Numbered from the stretch's first letter, positions 41,446 to 51,818 are shown. The stretch: 64,000 bases of DNA from Candidatus Poseidoniales archaeon (GCA_003602605.1 QQRW01000018.1:286-64285), one strand, 5' to 3'. Translations and numbers: made by a program. Notes: generated by a model from the sequence alone, not told the origin.

Positions 41446-42573
41446 TCACTCGACAGGTTCGTCTTTAGGACTCATTTCCTTTTCATACAATAGAGCAACT
41501 CTTCGCATACGGCGAAGAATTTTATCAATTCGTGTGGAGATTTCCCTGTGCACTTCATCGGATGAGAACCCTGACATTTGGTGTCCGAGTGGCAGTCTTC
41601 CTCCGAGCAAATTGAGCAACAACATTTGTTCCTCAGGGGAGTGTCCTTTCATGTTCTTTTCCACATCTTCGACTTTCAATTTTCCCGCCTTCAATTGTGA
41701 GAGGAGTGCGGATTGTTGTTTTGTCTTCAAAATGCGCTGAAACCCACCTTTCTTCAACATCCAGTCTTCACCGCGCCGTTGGTGCTGCGCCGTCATTGCG
41801 GTCCATAAGGCGATGTTCAATCGGTCGATTCGTGGCACTCTTTGTACCATACCAGTGGTACGAAACCGTTCCAGTATTCGACCCAAACGAGGTTTCTGTT
41901 CATCCAGTAATTCTCCGGCTTCATCCAATGAAAGAGGTATGTCTCTACTCAGCAACAATTCAAACAGTTGAACCGATATTGACTCGGCATGGGCTTCTTT
42001 TCCTGGCCGCTCTCCAAGTAGGCCAAAATCTCCCATCCATTGCGAGAGGGTGTTTTCTTGGCTATCGGAAAACAGTGGTCGGTGATCGACAATACCGATG
42101 GTGAGGGGAGGTGTCTCAGATGGCGTGGTTTTGACTGCAGAAGGCAGTTCTTTTCGATTCCAATGTGCATCGAGAAGTGCCATTCGTTGTTTCACAATGG
42201 TCTCGCATTGAAGCGTGAAAAATTCAACAGCGTTGGGCAGTGAGCCCCCTCGCAGAAAATAGCGTCGCCACCCTTTGCCTTCATTCGAAAAACCGATGAT
42301 ACCTGCCTCAACAAGTCGGGTAAGATGGTGATTGAGCGAAGCGGGAGTCAACGCTAATTCATCAGCGAGCATTTTGGCATCCCAACTGACGTCCGGTTGT
42401 GCAAACAAGTATTCCTTTAGCAGGCGATGTACCGGTCCGGCCCTGCCAAAATCCGCAGTTGCTTCTCCTCGTTTTCGTACAAGGCAAAGCGTCTCGATAA
42501 ACCACCCTACAAGATTGTCCAAATCTCGCTCGCTTGCAGGCAGCGAAACTTCCGATAATCGGACGCTAAACAT
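41446..42573 (-). CDS. Tandem winged-helix (ArsR-like) DNA-binding protein
   Basis: LADELALTPASLNHHLTRLVEAGII plus a second degenerate wHTH (LSLDEAGELL...RILERFRTTGMV). Confidence 0.75.
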   Translation of the reverse strand: MFSVRLSEVSLPASERDLDNLVGWFIETLCLVRKRGEATADFGRAGPVHRLLKEYLFAQPDVSWDAKMLADELALTPASLNHHLTRLVEAGIIGFSNEGKGWRRYFLRGGSLPNAVEFFTLQCETIVKQRMALLDAHWNRKELPSAVKTTPSETPPLTIGIVDHRPLFSDSQENTLSQWMGDFGLLGERPGKEAHAESISVQLFELLLSRDIPLSLDEAGELLDEQKPRLGRILERFRTTGMVQRVPRIDRLNIALWTAMTAQHQRRGEDWMLKKGGFQRILKTKQQSALLSQLKAGKLKVEDVEKNMKGHSPEEQMLLLNLLGGRLPLGHQMSGFSSDEVHREISTRIDKILRRMRRVALLYEKEMSPKDEPVE

Positions 42574-42652
42574 GATACTCAGCCTTCGTTTCTGTCGAAG
42601 GTCTTTGAAGCCTGTGGATTATTTGCCGCTCAAGCGGCGAAAAATAGAACGG

Positions 42653-43315
42653 TTATCGTCGCTCGTCGTTCCAATCGTAATCCACGCCTTTCGAACCATG
42701 CCATTCGATTTCCATATCGATGTGTGGCATCATTTCGATTCGATCTTCACGCAGAATCCCTCTTCTTCGTAAGACCTTGACAGCAGAGTGGACGGTTGCA
42801 CGAGAGCGACCAATCCTGCGAGCTAGAGCGGCTTGAGAGCGAGGAACGCCTTCTTTTTGGATGTCTTCGATAATGAGTTTCTGAACTAGAGATAGGCCAA
42901 TTGGGAGTGCTGAAGCTGCGCGTTCTTCCGTAACTGCAATTCCGCGAAGGATTTCGACTTGACTTGGAGCTCCAGCGAAGTAGCATGTTCTGCCGTTTAC
43001 TGGAAGAACGGTGACGCTTCTCCGGGTTTGTAATACGTCCAAATGATGACGAAGCGTTCCATTCGCTGCATTAAGCGTTGATTGGAGTTCTCGATAACAC
43101 AGACCGGGATGTTGCTCCAACGTGGACAAAATTCTTTGCCGTAATGGATGTTCGTAGGCTCGAGATTTGCTTGAGACACTGCCGACAGCAAAGGCTCCAA
43201 CAGCGGTAGCAGCGGCCGCTACACCACTCGCAATTCCAGCTACGCCCCCGGCGGCACCCACCAGGCCTGCAGACAACCAAGGTCGTTGTCGTACCCATTG
43301 TGCAAGCAGAGGCAT
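42653..43315 (-). CDS. Double wHTH regulator (COG3398-like) with hydrophobic N-terminus
   Basis: HPLRQRI...L...PG....EL...L....GTLRHHL..L and SQAALARRIGRSRATVHSAV..L...G; Gly/Ala-rich N-terminus. Confidence 0.8.
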   Translation of the reverse strand: MPLLAQWVRQRPWLSAGLVGAAGGVAGIASGVAAAATAVGAFAVGSVSSKSRAYEHPLRQRILSTLEQHPGLCYRELQSTLNAANGTLRHHLDVLQTRRSVTVLPVNGRTCYFAGAPSQVEILRGIAVTEERAASALPIGLSLVQKLIIEDIQKEGVPRSQAALARRIGRSRATVHSAVKVLRRRGILREDRIEMMPHIDMEIEWHGSKGVDYDWNDERR

Positions 43316-43371
43316 GCATCGAACTCGAAGTTCTCCTTTCTTAATCCATCCCTCTCATGTTTGAGAGTTGA

Positions 43372-43836
43372 TCATTCGTCTTGGGCTATGACCGTTCCCA
43401 GATGAATCTTCAGGTGGGCGACAAGAGGAGAGAGAAGGCGGCCACAGGTTCGACCGTGTTCGGTAAGAAGATAGGACACTCGAATTGGTGGCCCTTCAGT
43501 GACCTGCCGGTGTACGAGTCCTTCCTCAGCGAGATAGCGCAGTTTATCGGAAAGTGTCCGGGAAGATATCCCTTCAAGGAGGTTTTTCATTTGATTGAAT
43601 CGACGCGGTCCAGCAATGTACAACGCCGAGAGTATTTCGATGGTCCATCGAGAGCCGAAGACGCTCAAAGCTTCTCCAGCCCTACACACCTCATTGTGCA
43701 AATCGTTGGTTGGGTTCAATTCCTTTTGGGATTCGAGAATACCTCGAATATCTCCACCGAGTGAGATGGCGTTTTCGATTGAACTTCGAACATCGTTGTA
43801 ATCTTCACGTGAAACTCGAAGCGGGGGTATTGTCAT
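43372..43836 (-). CDS. HxlR-family transcriptional regulator
   Basis: C....AL...GSRW...IL, RFNQ....L.GISSRTLS.KL..L...GLV.R and PP.RV.Y.LT..G. Confidence 0.9.
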   Translation of the reverse strand: MTIPPLRVSREDYNDVRSSIENAISLGGDIRGILESQKELNPTNDLHNEVCRAGEALSVFGSRWTIEILSALYIAGPRRFNQMKNLLEGISSRTLSDKLRYLAEEGLVHRQVTEGPPIRVSYLLTEHGRTCGRLLSPLVAHLKIHLGTVIAQDE

Positions 43837-43966
43837 ATTCTCATCTCAAACAGCGCTAACTGTTCGACTACTTAATTCCATTTTAACACTGAATTATGAA
43901 ATGAAATGAGAAAACTACCGGAGTTTGAGTCTCACCTTTGAAGAAGTCTCGCTGCGTGGGTCAATC

Positions 43967-45136
43967 ATGCCCAAACAGGTGTTGCTCGTCCGAGGCGGCG
44001 CCCTCTCAAGCAATACGGGTATCGGCGGGGCTCATCACAACCTTGCAACTTCACTTGCCGAAGGAGAGATTTCCGGATGGTCTACTTCCCAAGTTTGCGA
44101 GTACCCTTTGCGCCGTCGCATGAACCCGCTTTCACGTCTCTACAAGCGATGGTTTTCTCATCCTCGAAAAGTTGAGAAAAAGACACGAGGAGAGCATGGA
44201 CTTACTCTTCTTCATATCACAGATCAAGAACAAGCCCACCTCATTCCAGAAAATTGCTCTCTGCCTGTTGTTGTTACCGTTCACGATCTATTCCATCTGT
44301 GTCCTCAACAAATTCAAATTGGTGACGAAATAATCGATGTTGGCGAACAGAAACCGGGCTGGTTTCGTCGCAAAGATTTGCAAAAATTACGAGATGGACT
44401 TTCGCGTGCGGACCTCCTCGTTTGTGATTCACAAGCAACTCTGTCTGCATGCAAACAACATTTCCCTGAGATAAAATCGGTTTGCGTACCGCTCGGACTT
44501 CGTATTCAATCGTTCACTCCAGTTGCTCAAGATTCAGTCGATGTACTTACTCCCGCTCGCGACTTTACGAAGAAATGCCATTTGCTCATCGTTGGAAGTC
44601 ACGCCCCTCGAAAGCGCCTTGAATTCCTGTGCAAGGTTCTCGGTGAATTGGAAGAGGAAGTCAAAAACAGCATTCAGATTCATCATGTTGGGAATGAGAA
44701 ATGCCCATTTGGAGGCCCATCTGCATCTGCACATGCTCGCGCTCACAAGGTTCTCAATTGGACATCCCATGGTGGTGATGTTTCCAGTGAAGCATTGATG
44801 CATATGCGGTTCGCCAGTGAAGCATTGCTTTTCCCGAGTGCAAGTGAAGGATTTGGCTACCCTCCGCTTGAGGCGATGGCGAGTGGCACTCCTGTACTGT
44901 GTTCAAATCTCCCTTCACACAATGAACTGATGCCTGATGACACATGCCTAAGAGCTGATGACAAAGAAGCATGGAAAGAAGCCATTCTTTCTGTCCATTC
45001 AAATTGGAAGAATCGTACCAAAAACGACACTGAACATTCCTGGCCAAAACCTCGTTCAGGCTTAATCGAGTTTGCTACACGTTTCGATCAAAGCAGATTT
45101 TGCGCACGAATGGCTGAAGTATACGATTCCTTGTGA
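43967..45136 (+). CDS. Glycosyltransferase family 4 (GT-B)
   Basis: VVTVHDL, PRK and FPS..EGFGYPPLEAMASGTPV. Confidence 0.9.
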   Translation: MPKQVLLVRGGALSSNTGIGGAHHNLATSLAEGEISGWSTSQVCEYPLRRRMNPLSRLYKRWFSHPRKVEKKTRGEHGLTLLHITDQEQAHLIPENCSLPVVVTVHDLFHLCPQQIQIGDEIIDVGEQKPGWFRRKDLQKLRDGLSRADLLVCDSQATLSACKQHFPEIKSVCVPLGLRIQSFTPVAQDSVDVLTPARDFTKKCHLLIVGSHAPRKRLEFLCKVLGELEEEVKNSIQIHHVGNEKCPFGGPSASAHARAHKVLNWTSHGGDVSSEALMHMRFASEALLFPSASEGFGYPPLEAMASGTPVLCSNLPSHNELMPDDTCLRADDKEAWKEAILSVHSNWKNRTKNDTEHSWPKPRSGLIEFATRFDQSRFCARMAEVYDSL

Positions 45137-45239
45137 ACAGTACGCTTGTTCGGAAAGCACAGTCGAACATTCAGCAGTCCGTATGCCGTTCCATGCCTAC
45201 TTTGAGAGTCGGCACCTTTGCTCTGGAACTGAAATTGGT

Positions 45240-45740
45240 TTAGATTTGGAAGAGAAGGATGAGCAACATCGAGACCGCAAACACTGCATTCGCGGTTCGG
45301 AATCTGTTCCAACGGTTCCACGGCGATTCAAATTCCGTACGTGATGCTGAGGCACTGGAATCATCGAGTGCATCAATATCCAATGCTTGCAACGAATCAT
45401 TGAGAGGAATGTTGAATCGAAATGTTGGTAATTGGACACCCAATAAATACAGAGCAGATGCGATCCAGAGAAGATAGACTTGTATTCCAGTCAAATTCAT
45501 TGTTCCCAGTACTAGTGTCGCAAGAACTGTGAGAATTGAACCGGCCCAGACCAGAATGAACAGAGGTTGATTGTTCTGTATGATTTCATCCATGTGTTTG
45601 AAAGCTAGAAGGAATTTTTTGTCTGTGAGTTTAGCAATACCTGGCATTACGACTATCGCAAATCCAAACAAGAGCCCTGCCACTAACGAGCACAATAAAA
45701 TCGACAACATGAGTGCCACATGTAGAGGGGTTAAGTCCAT
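45240..45740 (-). CDS. DUF1772 (anthrone oxygenase-like) membrane protein
   Basis: L.AGL.FGF...VMPG, T.RFNIPLN and W.RWN..RT; GGAGG before ATG 45740. Confidence 0.85.
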   Translation of the reverse strand: MDLTPLHVALMLSILLCSLVAGLLFGFAIVVMPGIAKLTDKKFLLAFKHMDEIIQNNQPLFILVWAGSILTVLATLVLGTMNLTGIQVYLLWIASALYLLGVQLPTFRFNIPLNDSLQALDIDALDDSSASASRTEFESPWNRWNRFRTANAVFAVSMLLILLFQI

Positions 45741-45925
45741 CTTAGGACCTCCTTGCACGTAACAGTTTTTCACTGTGCATGACTACCGCCATGTGGCCGA
45801 GTAAACAATTCTTTCTGATGCAGGTTTACACGGAATCAAAAATAAACTTCGACCGAGTGATCTTCTTCTATCTAACAGGTTGGCAGTCGGTAGCGTTCAA
45901 TACGGCCCATAGAAAGCGACTCCTC

Positions 45926-46558
45926 TCATCGGTGTTCGTAGACCATTGAGACGAAACGGTTTGCTTTATTTTTATCACTAAAGGAAATTGTTTGTTCATC
46001 GTTCACAGGAATATTGTATTTGTAGTGGCTCTGTCTTTCATCATAGTACTGAAATTCCTCAGTAATAGGAAGGTTTTTTTTGCGAATGAATTGGAGATTA
46101 GTCGGATGCCATCCACTGCGAAATTCCTGCATGGTGATGAACACCTCTTCCACTGGATCGTAATATTTTCTAATTCCGCCATCCCTCCAGAAGAATAATT
46201 TGTGGCTCCTTATGAAATTTGAAACGATGTGGATCGTGGCAAACAAAACAAGTGGTATTCCCGCAAAGAAAATGCTCCCCGCCACGAGTCCCCAATTTAA
46301 TTCACCTTCGTAGATGCTGAACGTGATTAAACGGTCATCTGGAATCTCTCCGTCGTTTGATTGGATGTAAGCCAATTTTTCTTCATAGCAACCCTCGGAC
46401 TTTAGCACCAAACTCCAGTGGTGTTCTGAATATTCAACATCGCCGGAGTGTGGCGGACCGACTTCAAAATCACTTCCGCAAGATGGACACTCAAAGGATA
46501 AACCCTGGGCGGTATCCATGTCGAGTTGTTCATCGCAATTTGGACACTGCACGAGCAT
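45926..46558 (-). CDS. Hypothetical protein with N-terminal Zn ribbon and TM segment
   Basis: CPNC...CPSC; segment WGLVAGSIFFAGIPLVLFATIHIV; AT-rich. Confidence 0.7.
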   Translation of the reverse strand: MLVQCPNCDEQLDMDTAQGLSFECPSCGSDFEVGPPHSGDVEYSEHHWSLVLKSEGCYEEKLAYIQSNDGEIPDDRLITFSIYEGELNWGLVAGSIFFAGIPLVLFATIHIVSNFIRSHKLFFWRDGGIRKYYDPVEEVFITMQEFRSGWHPTNLQFIRKKNLPITEEFQYYDERQSHYKYNIPVNDEQTISFSDKNKANRFVSMVYEHR

Positions 46559-46861
46559 TGAAGGCCCCTGAAGTGAGTGGTTTATATTCAAATCGCCGAC
46601 GTTTTTTTTTCTGTGCAGGGGGACCCATCCTTGAGGTGCCTATTGGATGGGTGTTGGATGGGTTACAATTTTTCAATGCCTCTTCATGGAATGAATATGG
46701 ATGGTAAACAGTTTTTTTCAATCTCACAACGACTTTCCAACCTTGCTGGCCAAGTCCATTTAATTTAGATTGAAAATCGGAATCAACTATCGATAGCAGT
46801 GAGGCTTTCAGCCTTGCCCGTCGGGTCAACCTTCTTATGGGACGAGGTGTGGGAAGTCGCC

Positions 46862-49800
46862 ATGAAGGTACAGACCCTCCTACTGACTTTGATGCTGTTG
46901 CTCTCCGGATGCCTCGGCATGGCCGATGAAGACATTGAAATCGACAAGAACGATATGTTCCCAGATGATGATGCAGCGTACTACGATACCGATGGTGATG
47001 GATTACCAGACCAACTTGATGGTGAATCAACGTCCACACCCCCGCTCGTCGCAGACACGGACGACGATAACGATGGTTTCCTAGACACGATGGAAACCAC
47101 TTGTGGCACAGATCCACTCAACGCAACCTCCTTCCCGGAGGATCTTGATGGGGACTTCGAATGTGACGAGTACGATTTTGATATTGATGGTGACACCGTA
47201 ATCAACGACGCTGATGCCTTCCCTCGAGATGCCAGCGCATCTACCGACACTGACGGCGATGGCATGCCTGACACACTCACCGGGGAATCTACCCTCATTG
47301 AAGATCTCGACGACGATAACGATGGCTGGTCAGACCTCGATGAAACAGCGTGTGGTAGCAACTCATTGGTTGCAAGCCTCATGCCAGTTGATGCAAACGG
47401 AGACGGCATCTGTGATGCAGTTTCGACTGACGACGATGCTGACACCTACTCCGATGACGAAGAGACACAGTGTGGATCAGACCCACTCGATGCAGCAAGC
47501 ATTCCTGCTGACCTTGACAACGACACAATTTGTGACGCATTGGACGATGACATGGACGGCGACGGCACACCCAATGCCCAAGACATGTACCCACGTGACC
47601 CAAGCAAGCACGAAGACGTCCCAGGTTGCACCGACACCGCCTCATTCAACTTTGATGCCGATGCAAACCTCGATGATGGAACGTGCGTTGACGCAGAAGA
47701 TGTCTTCGGCATGATGCTGAATTTCGTGGAGAACGAAACATGGCACAGTTTCGATTCCTCTAGCGAGGACTTTGACGGTGATGGAGCTGTTGATTTCATC
47801 ATGAGTATGCTCATGATTTCCGCACCGGCACAAGATTCAGTGCTCATGAATCAAGTGATTTCTAATCCTGATGGTGAAGAGATGCTCAACATCACCTACC
47901 TATACTCGAGTGGAACGATTCAACTGGACCAATATGTTGTTGTGGAAGAAGATGAGGACAGTGGCGAACAACTCACCATGAACGATCAAGTCCTCATCCA
48001 CCACCAATACATGGCTAATCCTTTCATAGAGGCTCCAGAATGGATGCATTGCGAGCAACTTCCTGACAACACATGGCTTTGTTCCGATTCGGATTATTTT
48101 ACTGAAGGCAACCCCGACAGCGCCACAGAAACGCTCCACCAGTACACATGCGCCGATGGAACAACCATCATGAGCAGCGAGGTCAATGACGGAACTGAAG
48201 ACTGCGCTGATGGTTCTGACGAACCACAATTCACAGAAACCTACTCTTACACCTGCTTGAGCGGCGAAACAATCGGCCTCATGCACGTTAACGACGGAGA
48301 CGAAGACTGTGCTGATGGGTCAGACGAGGCCAAAATATTCCAATGCGCTGATGGTTCCTATGTGTACTTTGCAGTAGCAAACAACGGTGGCGCTGACTGC
48401 AACGATGATTCGGACGAACCTGCATATAATGTTACTGAACTCTCAACCTATGATTGCGCGGACGGCAGTCAAATTTACCTCTCACAGGTCAACGACGGCG
48501 TTGAAGATTGCCTGGATGCAGATGATGAACCCACTTACGAAGATACTGAACAGACTTACTTTGATTGTGACGACGGAATCTCATACATTTACCTCTCACA
48601 AGTCAACGATGGTACCGAAGACTGTGCAGATGGTGAAGACGAAGCAACCTTTGACGAAGATGGTGAAGAAACATCTACCTTCGAATGTGAATACACTGGA
48701 GATATCATACCATTGTCATATGTCAACGATGGTGAGGAAGATTGCTATTACGGTGACGACGAGCCATTTGTTGGGGAAGAAGAGACTTCCGTCTTCGATT
48801 GCGCTGATGGTTCAGATACCATTGATCTCTCAGAAGTCAATGACGAATACCAAGACTGTGAGGACGGTTCAGACGAACCAGTCTATGATATGACAGAGAC
48901 CTCGATGTTCGACTGTGAGGATGGCAGTCAAATCTTCTTCTCACTCGCAAATGATGGTGTTGAAGATTGTGCAAACGGTGAGGATGAACCGTCTGAAGAA
49001 TACGTTGAATACACAAGCTTTGATTGCGCTAATGGTGACACTATTCCATTATCCCTCGTCAACGATGGTACTGAAGACTGCCAAAGCGGCGATGATGAAC
49101 CATCCTACGATCCAATCACAGGTTCAGAACTCACCACTTATCAATGTCCATATTCGGGAGAGTCAATCGCTCTTTCCTTGGTGAACGATGGAAGTTATGA
49201 TTGTGGAGACTATGAAGATGAACCTTATGGTGATATTGAGGAGACCTCTTTCTTCACTTGCGACAATGGCGACGAAATCGTGATGAGCTGGCTCAACGAT
49301 AATTACAATGACTGCGAAGGTGGTGAAGACGAAGCACAGTTCGACATGGGAGAAGAAATCAGTGTCTTTACGTGCGCTGACGGATCTGAAGTGTCATTCT
49401 CATTGGTGAACGATAACAACAACGACTGCGCTGACGGTGAAGATGAATACTACACCTACGAGTGTGCAGATGGTAGCGACACTATTCCGCTTCTCGCAGT
49501 TAACTTTGGATACTATTTCTGTCAGGATGATTCCGATGAATCCGATGCTGAAGAATCGAGCGAATTCACTTGCTTTGATGGAGAAACTATTCCGCTGAGT
49601 TACTACTCTGATGGTGAAGCAGACTGCTCAGATCGCTCTGATGAGATCTCTTTCGACGACGATTATACCGATTGTGTTTGGGACGCTGAGGCTGGATTCT
49701 GGGTCTGTGCCGAGACAATGCCTGAAGGCACTTGGTCAGGTGAAATGCAAGAGGATGGCGGCATGATTGTCACCATCACCGAAATCGACCCCGATTCTTT

Positions 49801-50887
49801 GGTAGAAGAGAACATGAGAGTGACAATTTCCCCTGATATGTCAGTTGTATCAATCGAAATCGAAGAAACGGTTGAGGGAGATGTTGTCATCATGTCCTAT
49901 GTTGCCGGAACCGGCGGCCATGACCTCTTGATTGACACGACCCTCGAAGAAGCCGCTCCACCGTTTGTTGTTGCCTTTGATGGGGAACCAATTCAACAGG
50001 CTACATTTGAGTGCAATGATGGAACAATCATCGATTTTGCTCTCCTCAACGATGGTGCTTATGATTGCGCTGATGAAGAAGATGAACCTGATTTTGTGGA
50101 AGAAGAAATAACTTTCTGGATGTGCGCTGATGGCGAATCTGAGATTCTCCTCTCTGCTGTTTCGAATGGAAACCCCGACTGTGATGATGGGTCTGATGAA
50201 ATTCTTACTTCAACCTTCGATTGTGATGACGGAACCTCAATCACCCTCGATAAAGTGAGTGATGAAAACATGGATTGCGTCGGCGGCGAGGATGAGCCTC
50301 AATTTGAACAGGGAGAGGACAACAATATCTTCTACTGTTATGATGGCTCAGACTCAGTACCTATGGAATGGGTCAATGACGACTGGGATGATTGTGCTGA
50401 CGGATCTGACGAAGGCCTTGGCGATGGTCACGGTTATGGCCAATACATGGTCGGAGCAATCGGTATGGCGGCTGACGATATTGTTGAATGGAACGGAGGT
50501 TCAATTACCGATGCAACAAGTGCAGACGGCATGGATCTTGTCCTATCATTGTGTGATTCATTCAAGACAATCGACGGCGAAAATGGCGAATACACCGTCG
50601 GTGAAGGCTGTGGTGACGATGTTGAGCGTTGGTCGTTTGCTGACATTGCAGCAGGCGATGTCGACGGAATTGAGTTTTATGACGCTGATGAAAGCGGTAC
50701 ACTCACCGATGGAGACATGTTCAGTATCACGGACCTTGATACCATGGAGGACTGGAACGCAGTTCGATTGGCAAAGGGTACGACCTACGCTGATGAGAAT
50801 CCTGAAGTCGTACTTCCTGGATTCACAGCAGCACTTGGTATCATCTCGATGCTCGGTGCAGCGCTGCTTGTTCGCAAGAACGAGTGA
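46862..50887 (+). CDS. Giant acidic surface lipoprotein with TSP3-like repeats, 18 LDL-A-like repeats and PGF-CTERM
   Basis: Lipobox LLSGC; DTDGDG..D / DDDNDG..D repeats; F.C.DG..I....VNDG..DC.DG.DE x18; tail LPGF + TM + RKNE. Confidence 0.88.
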   Translation: MKVQTLLLTLMLLLSGCLGMADEDIEIDKNDMFPDDDAAYYDTDGDGLPDQLDGESTSTPPLVADTDDDNDGFLDTMETTCGTDPLNATSFPEDLDGDFECDEYDFDIDGDTVINDADAFPRDASASTDTDGDGMPDTLTGESTLIEDLDDDNDGWSDLDETACGSNSLVASLMPVDANGDGICDAVSTDDDADTYSDDEETQCGSDPLDAASIPADLDNDTICDALDDDMDGDGTPNAQDMYPRDPSKHEDVPGCTDTASFNFDADANLDDGTCVDAEDVFGMMLNFVENETWHSFDSSSEDFDGDGAVDFIMSMLMISAPAQDSVLMNQVISNPDGEEMLNITYLYSSGTIQLDQYVVVEEDEDSGEQLTMNDQVLIHHQYMANPFIEAPEWMHCEQLPDNTWLCSDSDYFTEGNPDSATETLHQYTCADGTTIMSSEVNDGTEDCADGSDEPQFTETYSYTCLSGETIGLMHVNDGDEDCADGSDEAKIFQCADGSYVYFAVANNGGADCNDDSDEPAYNVTELSTYDCADGSQIYLSQVNDGVEDCLDADDEPTYEDTEQTYFDCDDGISYIYLSQVNDGTEDCADGEDEATFDEDGEETSTFECEYTGDIIPLSYVNDGEEDCYYGDDEPFVGEEETSVFDCADGSDTIDLSEVNDEYQDCEDGSDEPVYDMTETSMFDCEDGSQIFFSLANDGVEDCANGEDEPSEEYVEYTSFDCANGDTIPLSLVNDGTEDCQSGDDEPSYDPITGSELTTYQCPYSGESIALSLVNDGSYDCGDYEDEPYGDIEETSFFTCDNGDEIVMSWLNDNYNDCEGGEDEAQFDMGEEISVFTCADGSEVSFSLVNDNNNDCADGEDEYYTYECADGSDTIPLLAVNFGYYFCQDDSDESDAEESSEFTCFDGETIPLSYYSDGEADCSDRSDEISFDDDYTDCVWDAEAGFWVCAETMPEGTWSGEMQEDGGMIVTITEIDPDSLVEENMRVTISPDMSVVSIEIEETVEGDVVIMSYVAGTGGHDLLIDTTLEEAAPPFVVAFDGEPIQQATFECNDGTIIDFALLNDGAYDCADEEDEPDFVEEEITFWMCADGESEILLSAVSNGNPDCDDGSDEILTSTFDCDDGTSITLDKVSDENMDCVGGEDEPQFEQGEDNNIFYCYDGSDSVPMEWVNDDWDDCADGSDEGLGDGHGYGQYMVGAIGMAADDIVEWNGGSITDATSADGMDLVLSLCDSFKTIDGENGEYTVGEGCGDDVERWSFADIAAGDVDGIEFYDADESGTLTDGDMFSITDLDTMEDWNAVRLAKGTTYADENPEVVLPGFTAALGIISMLGAALLVRKNE
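48143..50413 (+). repeat. LDL-A-like repeat array (14 + 4 units)
   Basis: Counted by eye in the translation: 14 tandem units (about 48143-49646) and 4 more (about 50006-50413). Confidence 0.85.
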
Positions 50888-50995
50888 ATCTGCTTACGGT
50901 GAACATCTGTTGTGGGTTGGCCTTGCTCGACTGTGTCAACCTTTGATCGGAATGTGTACAGAAAAGACTAATGCAGGGTTTTATCTAGTGATTTC

Positions 50996-51535
50996 ATGAC
51001 TGTGAAGAATTTGATGATGGCTCTCATGATGGCGTCAATGGTTTTCGTTGGCTGCATAAGTGATTTAACACCGTTTGGTGGAGAGAATGTTGGAACTTTT
51101 GACATCGATGGCCTCGGCACTGGAACAGCTGAAACGGATGACATGATTGTGAAGTTAGAGTTGATAAACAGCACATCTCCAATCCAGTTCCACGATGGTA
51201 CATCTGCACAGGATGGAGCAGAACACTACAGATTTCGCCTCGTAGTAGGCGATCCAGATGACGAAAACAGCCCCACGTACGAATGTAGGCTAGCATCCAA
51301 TTCACCAGATGCTTGTCTCATCATAGAAACCGTCGAAGACGGAGTATGGATGCCTGAGGAAATTATTACATTGCGAGAGAACAATGTGGACATATGCAGT
51401 GAAGGTTGTCTCAATCAATTGACAATTATGAACGGAGACATAACGACCGAACAGGAAGAGAATCTGCAATATCTCGGCCAAGAATCAACGAGTGGGTCCG
51501 TTGGACACACGACGAATTTTTGGATGGGTCAATAA
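50996..51535 (+). CDS. Hypothetical lipoprotein
   Basis: Lipobox MVFVGC; beta-rich domain with four further Cys (C...C, DIC...C). Confidence 0.72.
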   Translation: MTVKNLMMALMMASMVFVGCISDLTPFGGENVGTFDIDGLGTGTAETDDMIVKLELINSTSPIQFHDGTSAQDGAEHYRFRLVVGDPDDENSPTYECRLASNSPDACLIIETVEDGVWMPEEIITLRENNVDICSEGCLNQLTIMNGDITTEQEENLQYLGQESTSGSVGHTTNFWMGQ

Positions 51536-51536
51536 C

Positions 51537-51818
51537 TCAAATTTGTATCGAATCACTGACAAGTTCTGCTCCGCAGTTCATGCAATGCTTGCCTTGCGAG
51601 GGTGTCTGCTCATTGCACGTGTTGCAGGTGATGTAGCCATGAAGTTCGAGCACAGCCCTTTGTTTGATCATCACCCAAGCGACCCATGCATAGGCCACAG
51701 TCAGCAACACAAACAGTCCAAAGACAGCACCGGTGCCGAGAGATAAGAACTGAACACCTAGAGCAAAAGCGAGGAATACACTGGCAGTAAATGCATAGAC
51801 CGGCCATTCCAAGCGCAT
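51537..51818 (-). CDS. Small two-TM protein with C-terminal Zn ribbon
   Basis: Two hydrophobic helices then CNTC...CMNCG; start taken at MRLEW. Confidence 0.7.
   Translation of the reverse strand: MRLEWPVYAFTASVFLAFALGVQFLSLGTGAVFGLFVLLTVAYAWVAWVMIKQRAVLELHGYITCNTCNEQTPSQGKHCMNCGAELVSDSIQI

Noticed and set aside
43873-43896. TAATTC-N12-GAATTA as an HxlR operator
   Set aside because: 6-bp arms in AT-rich DNA are expected by chance; plausible but unsupported.
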